DNA of 20,284 nucleotides from Longimicrobiales bacterium (GTDB lineage: Bacteria; Gemmatimonadota; Gemmatimonadetes; Longimicrobiales; Gaopeijiaceae). This document shows positions 9,537-16,464 of this stretch, piece after piece. Position 1 is the stretch's first letter. Every line of letters begins with the position of its first letter. Both the position numbers and the translations under genes were made by a program. The stretch spans positions 1-20,284 of the forward strand of contig CBDANQ010000037.1 in assembly GCA_965197725.1 (NCBI GenBank). Reading direction: 5' to 3'. Under the pieces are notes generated by a model. The model was not told the origin of the DNA. It saw nothing but the letters and a program-made list of their open reading frames with translations, and searched no databases.

Positions 9537-9795
9537 GCACAAGTGACTTGGGCGATCATGACCAAGGGGCTTCTGCGCGACACTTGCGCCAACAGGTGCG
9601 ATGCTGTAATCTGTGGGGCCAAACCACGAACCGCCGGGCTCGGACGATGCATTGGGATGCGCATCCGAACCCGGCGGCCACCCTCAACTACGGCTATGAG
9701 CCGTAGGAGGTGAGCGATGTATTTGCGTCTAAAAAAACTAAGGCCAGGATGGGGGCCGGTGCGGCGTTGTAGACCCGTCGGCTCCCGTCCTGGCC
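9537..9795. ncRNA. Candidate structured RNA/leader region with multiple long hairpins inside the IS
   Basis: Stems at 9537-9589, 9631-9677, 9688-9706 and 9742-9795, paired by hand; no convincing long ORF. Confidence 0.4.
9584..9612 (+). promoter_or_regulatory. Putative divergent sigma70 promoter (TTGCGC-N17-TAATCT)
   Basis: Hexamers at 9584-9589 and 9607-9612; would initiate near 9619 toward the 160-aa gene. Confidence 0.45.
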
Positions 9796-9800
9796 CCTAA
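9717..9800 (+). CDS. Candidate 27-aa basic uORF (MYLRLKKLRPGWGPVRRCRPVGSRPGP)
   Basis: Near-perfect Shine-Dalgarno AGGAGGTGA at 9705-9713, ATG at 9717 and TAA at 9798-9800. Confidence 0.3.
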   Translation: MYLRLKKLRPGWGPVRRCRPVGSRPGP

Positions 9801-9831
9801 TATAGCCACTGGATCGGAGGGAGCAAACACT

Positions 9832-10314
9832 GTGACTACGGATAAAGAGATGAGGAACTATATGGCGGCGCTCAGAGACGCCGAAAGGGAATTAGCGGGA
9901 ATGGAGGGCAGACGTCGGACCTTGCAGGCGACGGTGGAAGTACTCGGGCGCCTTCTGAAGGACGAAGAACAGTTGCCGCTCGGGGCTGGCATAGGGGTTG
10001 AAGTGGAGTCGAACGAGAAGGCGCCGACAATCCCACCTAACTATTTCAAGGGCAAGATGCCGACGCAGGCGTACCGGGATCTCTTGGTGCTCGCGCCCGG
10101 AGAGTACACCGCGCCGAAGGTCGTTGACGCCTTCCAGGCTGGTGGTATGGAGGGGAGGTCTCGTACGCAGCTACTACAGGCGGTTCACTCGGTCATGAAG
10201 CGGGATAGGGACAAGAAGGAGGAGCAGGAAAAAACGGCCACACGGCCGAAGGGAACGACAAAAGTTCGCTTGTTATCGGCAAACCTACACCGGACGGTGA
10301 AGTCGGGCGGATGA
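9832..10314 (+). CDS. Hypothetical IS passenger protein: N-terminal coiled coil, linker, winged-helix-like domain and basic tail (160 aa)
   Basis: GGAGGG at 9816-9821; heptad-like LRDAERELAGMEGRRRTLQATVEVL; helical pattern FKGKMPTQAYRDLL...TAPKVVDAFQAGG...LLQAVHSVMKR. The fold call is an inference. Confidence 0.7.
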   Translation: MTTDKEMRNYMAALRDAERELAGMEGRRRTLQATVEVLGRLLKDEEQLPLGAGIGVEVESNEKAPTIPPNYFKGKMPTQAYRDLLVLAPGEYTAPKVVDAFQAGGMEGRSRTQLLQAVHSVMKRDRDKKEEQEKTATRPKGTTKVRLLSANLHRTVKSGG

Positions 10315-10318
10315 GTCG

Positions 10319-10543
10319 CTAATCCTTCTTCCAACGGGCGCGTGCGGCTTTCCGGGCGATGGCCGACCGTTCCTCGGGCGTCAGCTTTGAGGACCGAGCG
10401 GCCCCGCCCTTCGCGGCCCGTTCTTCGAGTACGGATGGAGCCTCGGCTTCGTCCGTCTCTTCTCCCGTGGTAATATCCACGATGCGCTTGGCGAGCTGGT
10501 TCATGTCGCGAGGACGGGAGGGTGTTTTCGGATTCTTAGCCAT
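10319..10543 (-). CDS. Small basic IS1-associated protein with a KGG-type motif (74 aa)
   Basis: RPRDMNQLAKRIVDITTGE and KGGAARSSKLTPEERSAIARKAARARW; co-oriented with the transposase and next to the upstream IR. Confidence 0.8.
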   Translation of the reverse strand: MAKNPKTPSRPRDMNQLAKRIVDITTGEETDEAEAPSVLEERAAKGGAARSSKLTPEERSAIARKAARARWKKD

Positions 10544-10549
10544 GCTTCA

Positions 10550-10579
10550 AAGCTAGGGGATCAAGACACCCGCTAACAA
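10550..10579 (-). promoter_or_regulatory. Putative leaderless promoter for the 74-aa gene (TTGTTA-N18-TAGCTT, 6 nt before ATG)
   Basis: -10 hexamer at 10555-10550, ATG at 10543, no Shine-Dalgarno. Confidence 0.45.
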
Positions 10580-10584
10580 CCCGT

Positions 10585-10606
10585 GGATTCAAACTGTACC
10601 ACTACC
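10585..10606 (-). repeat. Terminal inverted repeat upstream of the transposase
   Basis: GGATTCAAACTGTACCACTACC, complementary to 7874-7895. Confidence 0.95.
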
Positions 10607-10614
10607 CGCGGGGC
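10607..10614 (+). repeat. Target-site duplication, right copy (CGCGGGGC)
   Basis: Identical to 7866-7873. Confidence 0.95.
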
Positions 10615-10704
10615 CGAGGATGCCGACGGGCCGCGCTTCTTCGTTACTTTGGAGAGGCGTCCGGGCGTCGGTGCCACGCATGCGACCGCTGCCATCCCAG
10701 GTGA
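10615..10704 (+). pseudogene. recQ: recQ 3' fragment (zinc-binding tail, 29 codons plus stop)
   Basis: Translates [29 protein letters not shown], the RecQ Zn-binding signature CRR..LL.YFGE...C..CD.C, in frame with the 5' part after IS removal. Confidence 0.92.
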
Positions 10705-10730
10705 ACAGACATCCTCTTCAACGAGCTTTC

Positions 10731-12002
10731 ATGGATCGCTATCTCTCTTCGGACCACGTAGCCCTTCAGGCGCGGGTACGCCGTTTTGGGGAGAAAGCGA
10801 TCGCTCCGGTGGCTCGAGAACTCGACGAGACCGCCGAGTTCCCGTGGGAGAACGCCAAGCTGATGGCCGAGATGGGGCTCTTCGGAGTTCCTGTCCCAAA
10901 GGAGCTGGGTGGCCTCGGCCTCGACTACCTGAGCTATATCCTGGTGGTGGAGGAGTTGGCGAAGTTCGACGCCAGCCACTCGATCACGGTGTCTGCGCAC
11001 ACGACCCTGGGCACCTCACCGATCCTGGCGTTTGGCACTGAGGACCAGAAGCGGGAGTTCATACCGCCGCTGGCAAGCGGTGACGTACTCGGAGGTTTCG
11101 GGCTCACCGAGCCGGGTGCGGGCTCGGACTCGGCAAGTATACGGACCCGGGCCGTGCGCGAGGCGGGCGGCTACCGGCTGAATGGATCGAAGATCTTCAT
11201 CACCCACGCCGGCGTGGGTGAGATTTTTGTAGCGACGGCTGTCACGGACCCTGAGAAGGGTCGGCGGGGCATCTCGAGCTTCATCGTTTGCAAACCGATG
11301 GTGGATCTTGCGCGGGCGGAGGCGGTGGGGTGGGGCCACCGCCCGGACCTACCCTTCTCGCAAGGCGCGAGCGCGGGCGTGCACGAGGACAAGATGGGCT
11401 GGAGAGCTTCCGATACCCGCGAGTTGCTCTTCCAGGACGTGCTCGTACCGGTTGAACAGCGTCTGGGTGAAGAAGGACTCGGTTTCATCAACTTCATGAA
11501 GACGCTCGATGCCGGACGCATCGGGATAGCCGCGCTCAGCCTCGGCTTGGCCGATGGCGCGTTCCAGACCGCCGTGCGATATGTGAACCAACGCCAGCAG
11601 TTCGGGCGTAAGGTGTGGGAATTCCAGCAGGTTCAATTCCGGCTCTCGGATATGGCCACGGAGATCGAGGCGGGAAGGCACCTGGCATACCACGCAGCGT
11701 GGTTGAAGGACCGTGGCGCTCCTTTTTCGAAGGAAGCGGCCATGGCAAAGCTGTATTGTTCGGAACTCGCCATGCGTGCCACGCTGGGCGCCATCCAGGT
11801 CATGGGCGGGGCCGGATACACGAGTGATTACCCCGTTGAGCGCATGATGCGCGACGCCAAGATCTGCGAGATCGGCGAGGGGACCAGTGAAATTCAGCGG
11901 TTGCTTATCGGCCGGCACATCGTTGCAGAGCTGATGACGGACCGCATCAACGAGCCATCCTCGGCGAGCTCACGAGAGCCCGTGGGGGCGGAGACAAACT
12001 AA
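10731..12002 (+). CDS. Acyl-CoA dehydrogenase
   Basis: [44 protein letters not shown] and [10 protein letters not shown]. Start is the ATG at 10731 or the GTG at 10701, which overlaps the recQ stop. Confidence 0.93.
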   Translation: MDRYLSSDHVALQARVRRFGEKAIAPVARELDETAEFPWENAKLMAEMGLFGVPVPKELGGLGLDYLSYILVVEELAKFDASHSITVSAHTTLGTSPILAFGTEDQKREFIPPLASGDVLGGFGLTEPGAGSDSASIRTRAVREAGGYRLNGSKIFITHAGVGEIFVATAVTDPEKGRRGISSFIVCKPMVDLARAEAVGWGHRPDLPFSQGASAGVHEDKMGWRASDTRELLFQDVLVPVEQRLGEEGLGFINFMKTLDAGRIGIAALSLGLADGAFQTAVRYVNQRQQFGRKVWEFQQVQFRLSDMATEIEAGRHLAYHAAWLKDRGAPFSKEAAMAKLYCSELAMRATLGAIQVMGGAGYTSDYPVERMMRDAKICEIGEGTSEIQRLLIGRHIVAELMTDRINEPSSASSREPVGAETN

Positions 12003-12196
12003 CAGTCGACCCGCTTGCGGTAGGGGGCCGGCACCGCCTCGGGGAGGACCCCGAGCACGCCGGCTCCACCGCGCCTGGGACGCCGGAGGCCAGACGGTCG
12101 CCGAGCTCGCTCGCCGAAGACTGAGGCGGGAGGGTTCGGGACGCGGACGGGCCCGGTTCGGGAGACGCGGATCGGCCGAAACAACGGAGCAGTATT

Positions 12197-13759
12197 TTGA
12201 GGAGAGAAATCCTCGTGAGCGCGACCCCGCAGGAATCATGGGTGGCGCTCCTGGAAGACAAACAGTTGGTCCACGTCATGCTGGACCGTCCCGACCAGGG
12301 CCGATTGCTCGGAGACATCTTTCTAGGCCGTGTCGAGGCGGTGCTTCCGGGCATCCAAGCCGCCTTCGTCGACATCGGCGCCGAGAAGGCCGGCTTCCTT
12401 CACGTCTCGGATCTCAACTACGGCGAGGAAGAAGACCTCGACGCCGACAATGGGGATGGGGACGGGAATGATCGAGGCCACGGACGCGGTCGCCGACGCC
12501 CGAAGAAGTACCCCCCGATCCAGGACAACGTCCAGAAGGGTCAGAGCATCCTGGTGCAGGTCACCAAGGAGCCGATCAGCAGCAAGGGATCACGCCTGAC
12601 GGCGCAGGTCTCGCTGCCGGGCCGCTTCATGGTCTACATGCCGTACACGTCGCGCGTCGGCGTGAGCAGAAAGATCGAAGGGCGTGACCAGCGTTCGAAG
12701 CTGCGCAAGATGGCGCAGCAGATCGTGAAGCCGGGGAGCGGCGGAATGATCGTTCGTACCGTCGGCGAAGAGGTCACCAAGAAGAAGCTCGGGAAGGAGT
12801 ACAAGCTCTTGCACGAGAGCTGGACGAAGATCCAGAACCGTGCCAAGGGACGGAAGGCTCCTGCTTCCCTACACCGCGAGGCGCAGCTCATCAGTGGCGT
12901 CATCCGTGACCTGTTCAGCGACAAGTTCGACGCGGTTCGTATCGACTCGAAAGCGATGTACAACGAGGTGCTGGAATACGTCAAGAGCGTAGATCCGGAC
13001 CTCCAGGATCGCATCCACCTACACGCGAGCCCGGAGCCCCTCTTCGACGAGTTCGGGGTCGAGGAAGAGATTCAGCGGGCGTTCCAGCGTAGCGTGCGCC
13101 TCAAGTCCGGGGGTCACATCGTGATCGAGCCGACCGAGGCGCTGGTCTCGATCGACGTGAACACAGGCCGCTACGCGGGGAAGGGCAAGAAGGACCCCGA
13201 CCAGACGATTCTGAGGACGAATCTGGAGGCTGCGCGCGAGATCGCGAAGCAGCTCCGGCTTCGGGATGTGGGCGGGATCATCGTCGCCGACTTCATCGAC
13301 ATGGAGTCCCAGGAACACCGCGACCAGGTCCTACACGAGCTACGTACGCAACTGGGCAAGGACCGCGCGCGCACGAAGGCGTTCGGGATCTCCGATCTCG
13401 GCTTGATTGAGATGACGCGGCAGCGTGTGCGCCCCTCGCTTTTTCAATCCCTGACGTCCGAATGCACGTCGTGTGGTGGAATGGGGAGGGTCTACACACC
13501 TGCCACGGTGGTTCGCCGTATCGAGCGGTCTCTGCGTCGGGCGGCGTCCTCGAAGCAGGAGAAGCAAATCGTGGTCCGTGTGCACCCTGAGGTCGCGCTG
13601 AGGGTCATAGAGGAGGAACCGGGGCTCTTAGAGAGGCTGCGCAACCGGACCCGCTTGCGACTCGATCTACGCGACGACCCGCTCATGCGGCTCGACGAGT
13701 TCCGGTTGCTGTCCGGCCCAGCCGAGACCGACGTTACCAACAAGTACGTCGCGGCCTGA
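12197..13759 (+). CDS. Ribonuclease E/G (Rne/Rng) family protein
   Basis: VLPGIQAAFVDIG, LVQVTKEPI, LPGRFMV, IDVNTG, LRDVGGIIVADFIDM, GLIEMTRQR and the CxxC Zn-link; TTG start after GGAG. Confidence 0.95.
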   Translation: MRREILVSATPQESWVALLEDKQLVHVMLDRPDQGRLLGDIFLGRVEAVLPGIQAAFVDIGAEKAGFLHVSDLNYGEEEDLDADNGDGDGNDRGHGRGRRRPKKYPPIQDNVQKGQSILVQVTKEPISSKGSRLTAQVSLPGRFMVYMPYTSRVGVSRKIEGRDQRSKLRKMAQQIVKPGSGGMIVRTVGEEVTKKKLGKEYKLLHESWTKIQNRAKGRKAPASLHREAQLISGVIRDLFSDKFDAVRIDSKAMYNEVLEYVKSVDPDLQDRIHLHASPEPLFDEFGVEEEIQRAFQRSVRLKSGGHIVIEPTEALVSIDVNTGRYAGKGKKDPDQTILRTNLEAAREIAKQLRLRDVGGIIVADFIDMESQEHRDQVLHELRTQLGKDRARTKAFGISDLGLIEMTRQRVRPSLFQSLTSECTSCGGMGRVYTPATVVRRIERSLRRAASSKQEKQIVVRVHPEVALRVIEEEPGLLERLRNRTRLRLDLRDDPLMRLDEFRLLSGPAETDVTNKYVAA

Positions 13760-13775
13760 CCTCCGGCGGGGTGTC

Positions 13776-13804
13776 TTGACCGATTTGCTCATCGGATCGA
13801 TACT
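13776..13804 (+). promoter_or_regulatory. Putative sigma70 promoter of rplU-rpmA (TTGACC-N17-GATACT)
   Basis: Near-consensus hexamers with 17-bp spacing in the intergenic region. Confidence 0.65.
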
Positions 13805-13850
13805 TACAGGCTATGCATCAAAAAGCTGAGAAGGCGCTCTGGAAGTCGCT

Positions 13851-14168
13851 ATGTACGCAGTATTCCAAACTGGCGGTAAGCAGTTCCGGGCCGAAGCAGG
13901 CGTCCGCCTCCGGATCCCTTCGCTCGATATCGCGCCCGGGGATTCGGTCACGTTCGACGAGGTCCTGCTCGCCGGCGACGGCGAGCAGAATGTCCTCGTG
14001 GGCACGCCCACGGTGGATGGGGCTTCGGTGAAGGCGGAGGTAATCCGTCACGGGCGTGCCGACAAGATCATCGTCTTCAAGCGGAAGCGCCGGAAGGGCT
14101 ACAGGAGGAAGCAGGGCCACCGGCAGAACTTCACGGAGATCAGGATCGAGCAAGTCGCGCTCGCGTAG
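13851..14168 (+). CDS. rplU: 50S ribosomal protein L21
   Basis: [13 protein letters not shown] ... [20 protein letters not shown]. Confidence 0.98.
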   Translation: MYAVFQTGGKQFRAEAGVRLRIPSLDIAPGDSVTFDEVLLAGDGEQNVLVGTPTVDGASVKAEVIRHGRADKIIVFKRKRRKGYRRKQGHRQNFTEIRIEQVALA

Positions 14169-14206
14169 CGCGTCTCGATTCAGCTCGCATAGACGGGTAG
14201 GACCTC

Positions 14207-14461
14207 ATGGCACACAAGAAAGGCGTAGGCTCCAGCCGGAATGGTCGTGACAGCAACGCGCAGCGCCTCGGTGTGAAGCGCTTCGGGGGGCAGGAAGTGT
14301 CCGCCGGCTCGATTCTGGTGCGTCAGCGCGGCACGCGCATTCATCCCGGTCGCAACGTCGGCCGCGGCAGTGACGACACGCTTTACTCACGTGTCGACGG
14401 GATCGTGACGTTCGAGCGCATGCGTGCTCGGAAGGTTGTATCGGTCTACCCGGCCGAGTAG
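14207..14461 (+). CDS. rpmA: 50S ribosomal protein L27
   Basis: [32 protein letters not shown] and GSDDTL. Confidence 0.98.
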   Translation: MAHKKGVGSSRNGRDSNAQRLGVKRFGGQEVSAGSILVRQRGTRIHPGRNVGRGSDDTLYSRVDGIVTFERMRARKVVSVYPAE

Positions 14462-14477
14462 TTCTCCCAGCCGTGAC

Positions 14478-14528
14478 GAGGGGTCCGGCGCCGGTGGCGT
14501 AGCTACCGGGCCGGACCTCTTCGCATTC
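14478..14528 (+). terminator. Long GC hairpin after rpmA, probable terminator or mRNA 3' stabiliser
   Basis: GGTCCGGC/GCCGGACC plus CCGGTGGC/GCTACCGG with a GTA loop; only a weak U tail (TCTTCGCATT). Confidence 0.5.
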
Positions 14529-14632
14529 GCGCATTCAGCGCGGGCGGGACCGCCTGCATTTCTCCTCTGAGCTTCGCTCCGCAACACAATGGGGCGATAC
14601 TCGTATGGGGGGGCAGGCGACATGGAAGGAGG

Positions 14633-15598
14633 TTGACTATGTCTACGCAGAAGAACAGCGAGCCTGTGACTCGTGCCTTTAGATGGTGGCGCGTGGTGCC
14701 ACTCTTGTTGGTACCGCTTCTATTCATGGGCGGCGAGCCCGAGACGGAGGATATCGCCCCCGTCGTGCCCTCAGTCGGGATCGAGGCGCTCGGCACCCAA
14801 CTGCCCCTTCACGTGAATGCACGTGTCGAACGGTGGATGGCGCGGTTCCAGACGACGCAGAGAGCCGTATTCGAGACGCTGCTGAAGCGGCGGAGCGTGT
14901 ACGACGAGCTCGTGCGCGGGAAGCTCCGCGAGCGCGGGATGCCGGAAGAGCTACTGTACCTGGCGATGATGGAGTCCGGGTTCGAGCCTCGGGCCGTCTC
15001 GCGGGTCTCTGCGGTGGGCCTCTGGCAGTTCATGAGCCCGACCGCGCTCCAGTACGGATTGCGCGTGGACGAATGGGTCGATGAGCGACGTGATCCCGTG
15101 AGGGCGACCGATGCCGCATTGGACTATCTCCAGTGGCTGCACGGCCGATTCGGATCCTGGTACCTCGCAGCCGCGGCATACAATGCCGGGCCCGGCCGAG
15201 TCGAGCGCGTGCTGAGACAACACGCCGAACGGCGGACCGGTGACGAAGACGTCTATTGGGAGGTTCTAGATCATCTCCCTCGGGAGACCCGAGAATATGT
15301 GCCCAGGCTCGTGGCCGCCACGATTCTCGCGGAAGACGCCGAAGCGTACGGCTTTATCGTCGAGTTCGCCGATCCGTACCGATTCGATCGGGCCTTCGTG
15401 CCTGGAAGCACCACGCTCGCCAAAGTGGCTGTGGGCCTCGGGGTGGACGAGCGGCTGTTACGTGACCTCAACCCGCACCTCATGAGACGCGTCACACCTC
15501 CGGGTGAGATGTACGCTGTGCGTGTCCCAGTCGGTGACTCCCCCCAGGGGGTCGCACTCCTGAACCGCGGCCAGCGTACGAGACGCATCGCCGACTGA
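14633..15598 (+). CDS. Lytic transglycosylase (SLT domain, MltD-like) with a degenerate LysM-like C-terminus
   Basis: ESGF (catalytic Glu), AVGLWQFM, VDERRDP, AAAYNAG, LPRETREYVP and L..LNP.L; N-terminal hydrophobic segment; AAGGAGG upstream (start TTG 14633 or ATG 14639). Confidence 0.92.
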   Translation: MTMSTQKNSEPVTRAFRWWRVVPLLLVPLLFMGGEPETEDIAPVVPSVGIEALGTQLPLHVNARVERWMARFQTTQRAVFETLLKRRSVYDELVRGKLRERGMPEELLYLAMMESGFEPRAVSRVSAVGLWQFMSPTALQYGLRVDEWVDERRDPVRATDAALDYLQWLHGRFGSWYLAAAAYNAGPGRVERVLRQHAERRTGDEDVYWEVLDHLPRETREYVPRLVAATILAEDAEAYGFIVEFADPYRFDRAFVPGSTTLAKVAVGLGVDERLLRDLNPHLMRRVTPPGEMYAVRVPVGDSPQGVALLNRGQRTRRIAD

Positions 15599-15602
15599 CC
15601 TG

Positions 15603-15941
15603 TCAGCCTTCGTTATCTCCCGCGGGAGGGGTGGCGTCTTGACCACGCGGAAGGGGCGGACCCCACCGGGTCCGCCCCTTCTGCGTGTCCCTCGCTGAGG
15701 CGATGATCCGCCAGATCACGTCTCGGGTAAGCTCTTCGTCGACCTCGAGTTCCCGAGCGAGTTCGGCTGCCCTGCGGACGACCTTGGCCTCTTGACGTGG
15801 GTCGAGAACCGGCAGCCCGAGCGCCTCCTTCGCCACTCCAATCTCGATGACGAGGTCCCTGCGTCGGCCGATCAGCTTGACAAGCTCGTGATCGACCGCC
15901 CGGATCTTCACGCGCAGCGCCTCCAATCGATCATCGCTCAT
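15603..15941 (-). CDS. Chorismate mutase (AroQ / type II)
   Basis: LEALRVKIRAVDHELVKLIGRR...IGVAK...LPVLDPRQE. Confidence 0.88.
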   Translation of the reverse strand: MSDDRLEALRVKIRAVDHELVKLIGRRRDLVIEIGVAKEALGLPVLDPRQEAKVVRRAAELARELEVDEELTRDVIWRIIASARDTQKGRTRWGPPLPRGQDATPPAGDNEG

Positions 15942-16019
15942 GAGAAGAAGCCCTTCAGGTGGTCTTCGTCCTGTTGCGGCACCATCATGCTAGCGTGCTG
16001 GGGATGAGGCCGCACGGGT

Positions 16020-16070
16020 CACTGCCTGGGCGGCGAACGCCTCGTTCAACTCGACCAGATCGATGTCGTC
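16020..16070 (-). pseudogene. Thiolase (acetyl-CoA acyltransferase) remnant, 17 codons
   Basis: Minus strand reads DDIDLVELNEAFAAQAV, the thiolase NEAF signature. Confidence 0.75.
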
Positions 16071-16071
16071 G

Positions 16072-16250
16072 CTCACCCGCGCCGGTGATCACGATCACGT
16101 GTACATCCTTGTCGAAGCGCGCCTTTAACTATGCTCTCGTCGATCTGGCGCATCATCATCCTGCGTGTACGTGTTCGCGGGCGGATCATCGAGCGTGAGA
16201 ATCGCGATCCCGCCCCGCACTTCGTACCGAACCAATACCTTCTCGGACAT
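16072..16250 (-). pseudogene. Enoyl-CoA hydratase N-terminal remnant with two frameshifts
   Basis: MSEKVLVRYEVRGGIAILTLDDPPANTYTQD / MMRQIDESIVK / ARFDKDVHVIVITGAGE; one extra base near 16157 and one near 16124; truncated before the FCAG motif. Confidence 0.8.
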
Positions 16251-16464
16251 CTGGGCTTCATCGAGTCTCTGAATCGTGTTTCGGCCCGCTACTGGCCGCA
16301 CGGCATACACGCCAATGGGCCGGTGTTCCGCGCCTCGAATCGGGTAAAATGTCAATCGTGACACGGGGTTCGTGGCTTTCCGGCAGGGCGAAGGCCATGC
16401 GAGTCCGACGAACTGGGTCAGGGGAGGGTAGCGGCCGAACGGCGGATGGCGCGAACTTCTACGC

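Larger units (their letters stand above)
7874..10606 (-). mobile_element. IS1-family passenger-carrying insertion element (2733 bp; ISMhu11-like organisation)
   Basis: Terminal IRs match at 21/22 positions, an 8-bp direct repeat CGCGGGGC flanks both sides, an internal DDE transposase is present, and precise removal restores recQ in frame. Confidence 0.95.

Noticed and set aside
9341..9713. ORFs 9341-9706 (+), 9311-9664 (-) and 9531-9713 (+) in the IS spacer
   Set aside because: No clear RBS or motifs; they overlap the transposase start, promoter-like sequences and hairpins.
9731..9795. A7 run followed by a strong hairpin, resembling an IS1-type -1 frameshift signal
   Set aside because: The -1 frame stops at 9770-9772 and the frame of the 160-aa gene has TAA at 9739-9741, so no useful fusion results.
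9537..9795. Possible guide/bridge-like complementarity between the structured region and the insertion site
   Set aside because: The best match seen is only GGGGCCG (7 nt), expected by chance at this GC content; IRs plus a TSD fit ordinary DDE transposition.
10620..10730. Extended N-terminus of the acyl-CoA dehydrogenase from the ATG at 10620
   Set aside because: This stretch encodes the RecQ zinc tail in another frame; dehydrogenase-like sequence starts near 10731.
14573..14601. TTCGCT-N17-GATACT promoter candidate for the lytic transglycosylase
   Set aside because: The -35 is weak and a competing -10 (CACAAT) lies nearby; not supportable without TSS data.
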